This document shows, piece by piece, positions 26,865-34,205 of a DNA stretch of 38,851 nucleotides. Below the pieces are notes generated by a model, which saw nothing but the letters and a program-made list of their open reading frames with translations, did not search any database and was not told the DNA's origin. A program made the translations under genes and the position numbers. Each line of letters starts with the position of its first letter. Position 1 is the first letter of the stretch. Source of the DNA: a virus (lineage: Duplodnaviria > Caudoviricetes); IMG/VR virus record IMGVR_UViG_3300014208_000079, positions 1 through 38,851 of that record, one strand, 5' to 3'.

Positions 26865-26868
26865 ATTA

Positions 26869-27162
26869 TTACTTACTCTTATAAACTTTCTTAAGATTCC
26901 TGTATTTATTCATAAATTCGTTTTTGTTTTGAGGTACAATAAATACTTTTAAAATTGGTAACTTTTCAACTACCTCAATCTCCATTTCTTCAAAAACTTT
27001 ACCTTCTTCGTCCATCTGGACCTGAACTTTCTTTGTGACTAGTGAATCTTGATAACCGACTATATTTAAAGTGGCTTTTTTAGCCATTCTTCTTTTTTCG
27101 GTTTCAAATTCATACTGACCGGCTGCCTCTCGTCTTAATCTCTTAGCTACTTTTCCATTCAT
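26869..27162 (-). CDS. Hypothetical protein
   Basis: MNGKVAKRLRR...YRNLKK.YK termini; TAATG overlap with the TerL nuclease gene. Confidence 0.7.
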   Translation of the reverse strand: MNGKVAKRLRREAAGQYEFETEKRRMAKKATLNIVGYQDSLVTKKVQVQMDEEGKVFEEMEIEVVEKLPILKVFIVPQNKNEFMNKYRNLKKVYKSK

Positions 27163-27821
27163 TAATAATCACCACCTTTCTTCCACGATTCTGTGGGTAA
27201 TTCATTCATTGCTTTTAATATGTCATTTTCTGATGGAGGAGGATTACATTGTAAATACAGTTGCCATGCAATTCCTAGTGAAATAACCCTATCATCATGC
27301 TTACCTCTCATTGCTTCCGGTTTTCCGGTTCGACTTAAAATAAACCAAAACAACTCTTGAATAGTTTCCTCGTCATAAATACCTAACCCATGTACATCAA
27401 CAATATTCTTTAAATCACCAACTAAAATTGGTCTAGTTATTTCGCTTGTGTTCCAACCTAAAGTTTTAGTGTCTTTTTCCTCATTATTATCCAAGTCCTG
27501 ACCTATCTTCGGCATTACAAATACTTCGTATTTATTATTGCGATTTAAAACCTTTACTCTTTCCATCTCACTTGCTCCACCATTTTGTCGTTCAAATGCT
27601 ATAACCGGTCTTATTCCGGTGATATTAAATATTTTTTCTGCTACCGGAACAATGTCTGACGTCATTTGAGCAGCCACTCCTTGTTTTGCATAAACCAAAG
27701 GGACATCTATCTTAGTTTTAGATAGAAATTGTGAGCAATTAAGATCTTCTCCTCCTTGTGAACAGTCACTACCTATCAAAATAAACTCACCCTTTTTTAT
27801 CTCTCGATATTGTTTAAACAT
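27162..27821 (-). CDS. terL: Terminase large subunit, nuclease domain (separate ORF)
   Basis: IGSDCSQGGED, FERQNGG, LGWNT and GKHDDRVISLGIA RNase H-like motifs. Confidence 0.85.
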   Translation of the reverse strand: MFKQYREIKKGEFILIGSDCSQGGEDLNCSQFLSKTKIDVPLVYAKQGVAAQMTSDIVPVAEKIFNITGIRPVIAFERQNGGASEMERVKVLNRNNKYEVFVMPKIGQDLDNNEEKDTKTLGWNTSEITRPILVGDLKNIVDVHGLGIYDEETIQELFWFILSRTGKPEAMRGKHDDRVISLGIAWQLYLQCNPPPSENDILKAMNELPTESWKKGGDY

Positions 27822-28809
27822 AGATTAACCTTTCATTAATTGGTGATTTTTTTAATATGTCTTTGTAGTGTTTTAATGATCCAACATTAAAATATAGTTT
27901 CCCCTGTTGCATAAAAGCTTCAATATCATCGCATGGATATTCACGCATTACTTTCTCTCTATCACTTGGTTTAGCTGAATTTACCTTGTTATAGTGCCAG
28001 TAACATTGCTCTAAACTTGCTCCATGAATTTTGATTAATTTCTTGTATTTTTCATCTGGTGACCAACCGGAAGCGGGAGTAAGTGAATATTCCTGATGTA
28101 ACCACCAACCTAAAAACCTTGATTTAAATTTAGCTTCTGGTTTTTTACCGAATTCATATTCTTCATTAAAGAAATCACCAATCATGTTCCCTGTAGATTC
28201 TCTAAATATCTTTCCCACCCCGTCAGCCACCTGTTGTTCTGCACCTATTACAAGGTCATTAGCATTCAGTATTTCAGTATTTGGATAAAATGCTGGCTCA
28301 GACCAGTGAATATTTTGTTTGGTACCACCTCGACCGGAGACTTTAGCATTGGCTGTCCGGACATTAATTTCTGACTTTCTATGTCCTTGGATCTTATTAC
28401 CACTATCTAAAACTAGCATTGATTTTCTGAACTCTTCTTTTGAAGTACCTGGTGTTTTGTTCTTTTCGCAAAATGAATCAATAAACGTGTCAACACGCTG
28501 AAATAAAGTCCTAGTCTCTTCGTCCTTGTGAGAATAAATATCACTAAAAGTGATTGATTGTTGACCGGATTCAGACATTATAAAATCAACCGTAAACATT
28601 GCATCAATTAAAGAAGAGAATCCTGGCTGTCTAAATTTAAGGATATTTTCACGAACATTACTTAAAGTTGGATACGTTTTTATTAGAAGGTTCCAATAGT
28701 AATTTTGAGTATCGTTAAATATGAATGGAACCACTTTACCGGTTTTATCTATGATCTGAAAGTTTTCTTCGATAAAACTCTTATAGTTGATTCTCGTCGC
28801 AAGTGTCAT
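27814..28809 (-). CDS. terL: Terminase large subunit, ATPase domain (separate ORF)
   Basis: ILKFRQPGFSS (Walker A variant), GRGGT, IHWSEPAFY (Walker B), ESTGN, REYP..DIEAF. Confidence 0.85.
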   Translation of the reverse strand: MTLATRINYKSFIEENFQIIDKTGKVVPFIFNDTQNYYWNLLIKTYPTLSNVRENILKFRQPGFSSLIDAMFTVDFIMSESGQQSITFSDIYSHKDEETRTLFQRVDTFIDSFCEKNKTPGTSKEEFRKSMLVLDSGNKIQGHRKSEINVRTANAKVSGRGGTKQNIHWSEPAFYPNTEILNANDLVIGAEQQVADGVGKIFRESTGNMIGDFFNEEYEFGKKPEAKFKSRFLGWWLHQEYSLTPASGWSPDEKYKKLIKIHGASLEQCYWHYNKVNSAKPSDREKVMREYPCDDIEAFMQQGKLYFNVGSLKHYKDILKKSPINERLIYV

Positions 28810-28863
28810 ATAGCCTACCTGTCATTATTCAGATAGGTTATATGATAAAAATGAACCTGCTTA

Positions 28864-29298
28864 TTAAACCTCTTCTATATATTTACCTGCATTAAAAGTA
28901 TTAACCTGAACAGCTACTTGTGGACCTTTTTTATTGGCTAAAGTATGCCCTAGAATGTCATTTGACGCTTTATTTCTTATTCTTACATCTTTATGTTTAA
29001 TTTCCTCTGTTAATTCGTAAGCAGCGGCAATACTGCCACCCCTTAATATTCTTAACGCATCGTCAGGAAGACCTAAAGATATTTCTTTCCATCCATCTTT
29101 TATTGTTGGATAGACCTTAGAATAAAAATAAGCTCTTGATCTTTTTGTTATTGTCTTAAATATTCTAGCTGCTTCATTGGTGCTTCGGGCTAAAGTAAGG
29201 GCTAAGACGCCGTTTTTCTGTTCTGTATCTAAGTCTGTCCAAGAGTGTCTAACTATATCAATCTGTTTCTCGTCTTTTTGTTCAATTATTTCGTTCAT
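28864..29298 (-). CDS. terS: Putative terminase small subunit
   Basis: HTH-like N-terminus, helical core and VAVQVN tail; directly upstream of TerL. Confidence 0.65.
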   Translation of the reverse strand: MNEIIEQKDEKQIDIVRHSWTDLDTEQKNGVLALTLARSTNEAARIFKTITKRSRAYFYSKVYPTIKDGWKEISLGLPDDALRILRGGSIAAAYELTEEIKHKDVRIRNKASNDILGHTLANKKGPQVAVQVNTFNAGKYIEEV

Positions 29299-29468
29299 TA
29301 ATATTCTTACTTAATTTTTAATTTGGGTTCTTTTTGAATACGAGCATAATAATCATGTCCGGAGAATATTTTCTTTACCAATTTAACTATCCCATCCCAA
29401 TAATTCAGCTTTATTTTTACTGGTAGATCCATTCCTTTGATTTCGATTAAGTCTCGTTTCTTCATGGT

Positions 29469-29600
29469 TTATTTTACTTTATTCCAATAGGTAATTTGTA
29501 TTCTTTTTGCTCCTAAAAACGATTTAGTCAATGAGATTAAAATATCATCAAAAGCTATTTTTAATCCGAATTCTTCGACCTTCCATATAAAGTTTTTCAT
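29469..29600 (-). CDS. Hypothetical 43-aa protein (not in ORF track)
   Basis: MKNFIWKVEEFG...YWNKVK*; ATGA overlap with the upstream ORF. Confidence 0.5.
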   Translation of the reverse strand: MKNFIWKVEEFGLKIAFDDILISLTKSFLGAKRIQITYWNKVK

Positions 29601-29791
29601 GTTTGTATTTTATAACCGTCTTTAAATTTAATTAATGGTGTTCCTCCAGCCAAATGAAATATTCCACCTTTTTCGGTTAAATTAAACGAATACATACCAT
29701 CAAGGTGATCAAAAGTTATAAACTTTGAACCATCACTAAAATCATCATAAATCTTATCGCCTTTTTTTAAACCGTAAAGTTTTATATTCAT
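29597..29791 (-). CDS. Hypothetical protein
   Basis: FDHLDGMYS motif; 64 aa. Confidence 0.65.
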   Translation of the reverse strand: MNIKLYGLKKGDKIYDDFSDGSKFITFDHLDGMYSFNLTEKGGIFHLAGGTPLIKFKDGYKIQT

Positions 29792-29826
29792 TTTTTGATA
29801 GTGACACTGATGTCACCTACAAACCT

Positions 29827-29985
29827 TTAACTTATCTTCCCTACTTTAAATATTAACCACTTAACTAAATCCCAGATTGGAGAAAAGGGAATAAAAAGAT
29901 TTAATATCCCCCACCAGAATCCCCAGAACATAAAAGCATAAATCACCGAGTAGATACAATATGCAAACCCTATAATACCTTTCAT
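29827..29985 (-). CDS. Trp-rich 52-aa membrane peptide (not in ORF track)
   Basis: MKGIIGFAYCIYSVIYAFMFWGFWWGILNLFIPFSPIWDLVKWLIFKVGKIS*. Confidence 0.6.
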   Translation of the reverse strand: MKGIIGFAYCIYSVIYAFMFWGFWWGILNLFIPFSPIWDLVKWLIFKVGKIS

Positions 29986-29991
29986 ATTTAG

Positions 29992-30990
29992 TTAATACTC
30001 AAATTTATAAATTATTTCATCCGGACTAAATCCAAAACTCCCTGCCTTTGCCTCCCTACAGGTTGTTTTATCGGTTTCGACAAAGTATTCACGCTTTGTT
30101 GTGGCATCAACGCATTGATAATAAATAAAAGGTTTATCAAACCCCTTGACTTCAAATTGAATAATCTTCATTGGTTTACCAAGATCGTCTTTATCTTGAT
30201 CGAGTACTTTATAATTCTTAAGAGCTTTCATCTTAGTTTTATCCATTAGCTCGTAAGCTACTCTTCGTTTCTCAAGGTTCTCTATCTTAAATACTTTATC
30301 GGGTGTGAGTTTGCCCTTAACTATTTTTGTCCATAAATCTTTCTTAAAATTAAGGTCGTTTAGATAATAAAACTCCTGTCCGCCTTTCCATTTAATAGCG
30401 GGTACTTTAATAGAATGAAATCTATTTTGAGTATCAATTTTAACTATTGGTGTGGGGGCTAAATATAATACGCCCTCCCATTCAACCCAATATCCTACTC
30501 CATATTCTTTAGCTTTCATCAAAAGTTCAGAGTATTTAAGGTATTTAAAATCATTTTCATTTGGTTTATTATCACTTGGATTTTTACAATATTCATATTC
30601 AATTACAAACCAATCAAAATCATAATCAAGGGCGGTCCATTCTAGGTTTGCCGACCCTGCCGACCTTGCCGACCCTGCCGACCTTGCCGACCTTGCCGAC
30701 CCTGCCGACCATGCCGACCTTGCCGACCTTGCCGACCCTGCCGACCATGCCGACCTTGCCGACCCTGCCGACCATGCCGACCTTGCCGCATCCATAAACT
30801 TTTTATCAAAGATATCTTTCACCCAAACAATCTTTATGGGCCGTTTTAATCCAAATAGATCATAAATTTTAAGTAAACTGTCTAAAGCCTTTGCTTTTTC
30901 TAACTTAAAATCTTCTCTTTCTACGTTAATGCACATTCGGTCAATCAATTTTTCTGTTTGTGTATCATACCCTAGTTTTTTTGAGAACAT
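29992..30990 (-). CDS. DUF6745-like protein with an internal tripeptide repeat
   Basis: IY..FGL.RP..IVWV, RFHS...PAI.W..G..FYYL, IENLEKRRV and C.DATT.REY motifs. Confidence 0.75.
   Translation of the reverse strand: MFSKKLGYDTQTEKLIDRMCINVEREDFKLEKAKALDSLLKIYDLFGLKRPIKIVWVKDIFDKKFMDAARSAWSAGSARSAWSAGSARSARSAWSAGSARSARSAGSARSAGSANLEWTALDYDFDWFVIEYEYCKNPSDNKPNENDFKYLKYSELLMKAKEYGVGYWVEWEGVLYLAPTPIVKIDTQNRFHSIKVPAIKWKGGQEFYYLNDLNFKKDLWTKIVKGKLTPDKVFKIENLEKRRVAYELMDKTKMKALKNYKVLDQDKDDLGKPMKIIQFEVKGFDKPFIYYQCVDATTKREYFVETDKTTCREAKAGSFGFSPDEIIYKFEY
30649..30783 (-). repeat. 15 tandem copies of the 9-nt unit NGGTCGGCA, encoding (R/W/G)-S-A
   Basis: Plus strand TGCCGACC(C/T/A) x15; only one position varies. 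Confidence 0.95.
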
Positions 30991-30995
30991 AGTAT

Positions 30996-31325
30996 TTAAT
31001 CTTGAACTGGTCGAAGGCCCTCATTGGTCTTTTCAACCTGCTGTCTTAACTGATAATAACCCGCTTTTAAAGGTGCTTCCATTAGTCCATTAACTTTTTT
31101 AATTCCATGTTCTTTATGATAAAGTTTGGCGCCTCTTTTAGCTCTTAAATATCCAAATACATAGTCGCCTTCCTTTTTAAAGTAAAGATCAACGTTTTTG
31201 GCTATATGTGGATTGTCTCCTGATCCTCGCATTATAACGTTGGTTATTGCTTTCTTTAATCCACGAGGTAAACTTTTAACAGGAACGAAAAGAATCTCAC
31301 CATGCCTTATTGCTTTGATTTTCAT
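30996..31325 (-). CDS. Conserved partner of DUF6745-type genes (RxG(D/E)-H-HxEH family)
   Basis: RHGEILF, G..NPH, HKEHG and GYYQLRQQVE motifs. Confidence 0.75.
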   Translation of the reverse strand: MKIKAIRHGEILFVPVKSLPRGLKKAITNVIMRGSGDNPHIAKNVDLYFKKEGDYVFGYLRAKRGAKLYHKEHGIKKVNGLMEAPLKAGYYQLRQQVEKTNEGLRPVQD

Positions 31326-31348
31326 AATTTTTTATAAACTTTTAACAT

Positions 31349-31600
31349 TTATATTCCTCTTTTTTTAATTTCTTTATTAAAATCTGGGTGAATAGGAAAA
31401 CCTTTTGATTCACTTTTATTTTTAAAATTATTAACTTCATATTTAACAACTACTTTAACTGTAATGTCGCTTGGTAAGGCTCCTAAAGCTAATATTTTAG
31501 AGTCATCTGTTATTAGTCTCAGACTATACTGATTGTCCTGGCTGACCAACTTTACTTGTTTAGTTTCTTTTATCTCAGCTATAAATTCTAGTTCTGGCAT
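31349..31600 (-). CDS. Hypothetical protein
   Basis: FIAEIKE..Q.KLVSQDN.Y motif. Confidence 0.65.
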   Translation of the reverse strand: MPELEFIAEIKETKQVKLVSQDNQYSLRLITDDSKILALGALPSDITVKVVVKYEVNNFKNKSESKGFPIHPDFNKEIKKRGI

Positions 31601-31602
31601 AT

Positions 31603-31812
31603 TTATAAATTGATTTCATCTTCATTAACTTTCCATCCTATTTTCTTATAGATAGTGAACCCTGAACCGTTTTGGCTCATAATACTTGCAACGGCGTGCT
31701 CGAGGGTTGCAAATTCAGGGCCGGTCGATCCAGATAATAAAATTGCTGTAGTTTTATTTGTCTTAATATCAAACTCAAATTTCTTTACGACTATATATTT
31801 TGTTTTATCCAT
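31603..31812 (-). CDS. Hypothetical protein
   Basis: 69-aa ORF in operon. Confidence 0.6.
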   Translation of the reverse strand: MDKTKYIVVKKFEFDIKTNKTTAILLSGSTGPEFATLEHAVASIMSQNGSGFTIYKKIGWKVNEDEINL

Positions 31813-31832
31813 AGTTTTTTATTAATTAATAA

Positions 31833-32708
31833 TCAGAAATCACCATTAGCAACTTGTAAACACTTTAATCCTTGCTCTCTCCACATTCTAACTACTCGAT
31901 CACGATCATCTAAAACGAAATAAACATTATATTTATCTTTGATCATATCCTCATATATTTCCTTTTTGACAATATTATCTTTTCTAAAATCACCGGTTGG
32001 ACGCATAAACAAAGACCAGCCGGGCACTGTAATCCATTTCTTTAACCACTCTTCTGTTTTTTCTCTAAATTTATCCTCTCGACCGGAGACAAATAACACA
32101 GTAGGGCGGGGCATTAAATCGTTACTTAAACCTTCGATATAAGATTGTAAAATTCCTACTATCAGGGTATTAGGATCATCATTTTCACAGGTGGACGCAT
32201 CGTAAGGGCTTCTGTTTTTCATTAGAGCAACAGTCCCGTCAATATCGCAAATTATGGCGTCTGGTAAGCTTTCATCATGCTCAATAGTGATTGGATCGGG
32301 AAGTAAATATTTTTTATACATGGTCTTAATTACTTTTTCGCCAACTGAATTTGATCTCTTCATATCTCTTTTGATACACTCATCAAGTGGAACGTCGGTA
32401 AAGTCTTTTATCTCAAATTCCGCTCCCAGGTCATGAGCCATATCTTTGAATGTTTCTTCGTGTTGTGGATTAAAATTAGTGTCGTCAATAATAACACTGT
32501 ATCCATGAATGAGTGATTCCGCTGCAACAATATCTCTTATTTTTACAATAAAACTTTCATTTTGTTTTGACCAAACACCACCATCGACCATTGCTCGAAG
32601 GTCGTCTTTATTTACTCTCTTCCATTTCCCTGGCTGGCTTTTAATTAATTCTTTGGCCCAAGTCGTTTTGCCGGACGCCGGTAGGCCTTTAGTTAAGATT
32701 ACCTTCAT
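31833..32708 (-). CDS. pseT: Polynucleotide 5'-kinase/3'-phosphatase (T4 PseT-like)
   Basis: P-loop GLPASGKTT and RVNKDDLR; HAD motifs DIDGT, SGR, R...D.RKD...K, DDR. Confidence 0.95.
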   Translation of the reverse strand: MKVILTKGLPASGKTTWAKELIKSQPGKWKRVNKDDLRAMVDGGVWSKQNESFIVKIRDIVAAESLIHGYSVIIDDTNFNPQHEETFKDMAHDLGAEFEIKDFTDVPLDECIKRDMKRSNSVGEKVIKTMYKKYLLPDPITIEHDESLPDAIICDIDGTVALMKNRSPYDASTCENDDPNTLIVGILQSYIEGLSNDLMPRPTVLFVSGREDKFREKTEEWLKKWITVPGWSLFMRPTGDFRKDNIVKKEIYEDMIKDKYNVYFVLDDRDRVVRMWREQGLKCLQVANGDF

Positions 32709-32853
32709 ATAATTTTTTTTGAAAGTGTACCGATGCTACAGCACACCAAAATAATGCCCAACCGCTATAGGTTGTTAACCAAACTCCAATCATCCCTAAA
32801 ATAAAACAAAAGAAATTTAGTTTGTAATATGTTTGTGTTATTTTTATTTTCAT
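32689..32853 (-). CDS. 54-aa membrane peptide (not in ORF track)
   Basis: MKIKITQTYYKLNFFCFILGMIGVWLTTYSGWALFWCAVASVH...; ATGA overlap. Confidence 0.55.
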   Translation of the reverse strand: MKIKITQTYYKLNFFCFILGMIGVWLTTYSGWALFWCAVASVHFQKKLYEGNLN

Positions 32854-33116
32854 TTATTTATTAGTTTTAAAGCTTGTTTTAACCACATAAATAAATTGAA
32901 TCTTTTTTTATATTTTCTAATTAGCGGTTTAGTAACCGATAAATCTTTAAAATATTTAAAATTAATAGCCCCTCGTCTCAAATATGCAAATCCACCGTCT
33001 ACAAAGATATCTCTACATTTACACTGCACAAAATGATGAGTACTTAAACTCTCAATAATTGTTCCGCACTTTAAACACTGTGCCCGATTTTTTATGATCT
33101 GATATTTTTCGTTCAT
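32850..33116 (-). CDS. Zn-finger protein (NxAxCxxC...CxC..VDGG..YLRR family)
   Basis: NRAQCLKC, HFVQCKC, FVDGGFAYLRR; ATG at 33116 preferred over GTG 33134, which lies in the ncRNA stem. Confidence 0.8.
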   Translation of the reverse strand: MNEKYQIIKNRAQCLKCGTIIESLSTHHFVQCKCRDIFVDGGFAYLRRGAINFKYFKDLSVTKPLIRKYKKRFNLFMWLKQALKLINK

Positions 33117-33128
33117 ATATTTAAAAAC

Positions 33129-33408
33129 TAACACCTGGAGGTAAGGGAATTGCTAATCTGTTACTCGTGAAAGCAACAGATAAACTCACCCTTACTGGTT
33201 TCGCCACTGCATACGGGGAGTACTAATTCCTCGCACTGACCCGTTGATTACGGGTTGATATGGCCGGACTCTCAACCGACGGTATAATTCAGCAGATTAA
33301 AGCATCTATCATCCAGTTTATGTAATGAGGCTACTAGTGTAGTGTTCGATGCAAGTTATCATCTTCTCTGCTATAGCGTCTCTCGCATATGCGCCACTCC
33401 ATGTGTTA
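33129..33408 (-). ncRNA. Unassigned ~280-nt multi-stem structured RNA
   Basis: Closing stem TAACAC.TGGAG/CTCCA.GTGTTA encloses several internal helices; GC-richer than flanks; no substantial ORF. Confidence 0.75.
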
Positions 33409-33428
33409 AATTTTTAAAGTGCTTGTTC

Positions 33429-33502
33429 TGGCAGGATGTAAAAGACTTGAACTTTTACCAACCGCTTTGGAGGCGGTGATGCTGCCATTACACCAACATC
33501 CT
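33429..33502 (-). tRNA. trnW: tRNA-Trp (CCA), copy 2, with encoded CCA
   Basis: AGGATGT/ACATCCT acceptor stem; ACCGC CTCCAAA GCGGT anticodon arm; AAAAG TTCAAGT CTTTT T arm; G-CCA end. Confidence 0.95.
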
Positions 33503-34205
33503 AATTCCAAAACTGCTTTCTTACTTTCAATAAAAACTCGTTAACTGGCTCTAAATTAGTTTTTTTGTTAGGGTTGATATTGTATGCTTGTAACACTCTT
33601 GTTTCCCAATCCATGCAGTGTTGAATTACTTCTCCCATTTCATAATTACCGGCTTTAAATCTTTTTAGTAGATCAAATATTGGAGCTTTTGATAAGTTGA
33701 CCGAAAAAGTACCAGTAGAAAGAAGTTCCCATGCGTTATATAAGACTCTTAAATAGGCCGTAGCATATTTAGGGGCTCTCTTATCTTTATTATCAAAGAA
33801 TTTCTTTCTTTGATTAAATCCATAACCGATAAAAGCATCTTTTACACCTTGAGAATTCCAGACATGAGGAAATAAATCTTGTAATTCTTTACTTAAATTA
33901 AGATTTCCTGGGCCTAGTTCAGCGAAAGGAATAAGATCCATCCTTTCCGCCAAGAAAGTTTCAAGTACCGTTGGATTACATTTTGTAGCCATGAGTAAAA
34001 ATTTTCCTATTTCCCACGAAGTGTCGTCTTCTTTACCTTCAATCCATGAAGTATGATTAATATTGCCACCTATTTTTAGGATATCTTTTGTAGGAACCAC
34101 AAATACCCCTCGATAATCAAAATCAGAATTAGGACCGGCTAAGCCGTGAGCTTGTGATCCAACTATTACTTTTAATATTTGTGTTTTTTCCATTTTAATT
34201 AACAC
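33501..34205 (-). CDS. RlaP/YcgL-like Pol-beta nucleotidyltransferase (RNA-repair associated)
   Basis: VGSQAHGLA.PNSDFDYRGVF and KFLLMATKCNPTVLE motifs. Confidence 0.85.
   Translation of the reverse strand: MLIKMEKTQILKVIVGSQAHGLAGPNSDFDYRGVFVVPTKDILKIGGNINHTSWIEGKEDDTSWEIGKFLLMATKCNPTVLETFLAERMDLIPFAELGPGNLNLSKELQDLFPHVWNSQGVKDAFIGYGFNQRKKFFDNKDKRAPKYATAYLRVLYNAWELLSTGTFSVNLSKAPIFDLLKRFKAGNYEMGEVIQHCMDWETRVLQAYNINPNKKTNLEPVNEFLLKVRKQFWN

Noticed and set aside
27808-27825. UUUAAAC as a -1 programmed frameshift joining the TerL halves
   Set aside because: The heptamer is out of register with the upstream frame, and the downstream ORF is in the +1 frame.
30649-30783. Tandem repeat as a CRISPR array or DGR variable region
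   Set aside because: Units are 9 nt with no spacers and are in frame within a CDS; there is no cas gene, reverse transcriptase or template repeat in the window.
30561-30797. Plus-strand ORF with PTL repeats
   Set aside because: Shadow reading of the minisatellite, antisense to a motif-bearing gene.
33129-33408. Structured RNA as tmRNA, RNase P RNA, group I/II intron, Y RNA or theta ribozyme
   Set aside because: No tRNA-Ala-like ends, no GAGGAAAGUCC/P4 signature, no convincing intron core or interrupted gene, no Ro60 gene, and it is not flush with the tRNA 3' end. The 22-codon ORF from 33402 looks incidental.
3931-33502. tRNAs as stop-codon suppressors or evidence of an alternative genetic code
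   Set aside because: Both anticodons are CCA, and TGA, TAG and TAA all end well-formed genes, often in ATGA overlaps.
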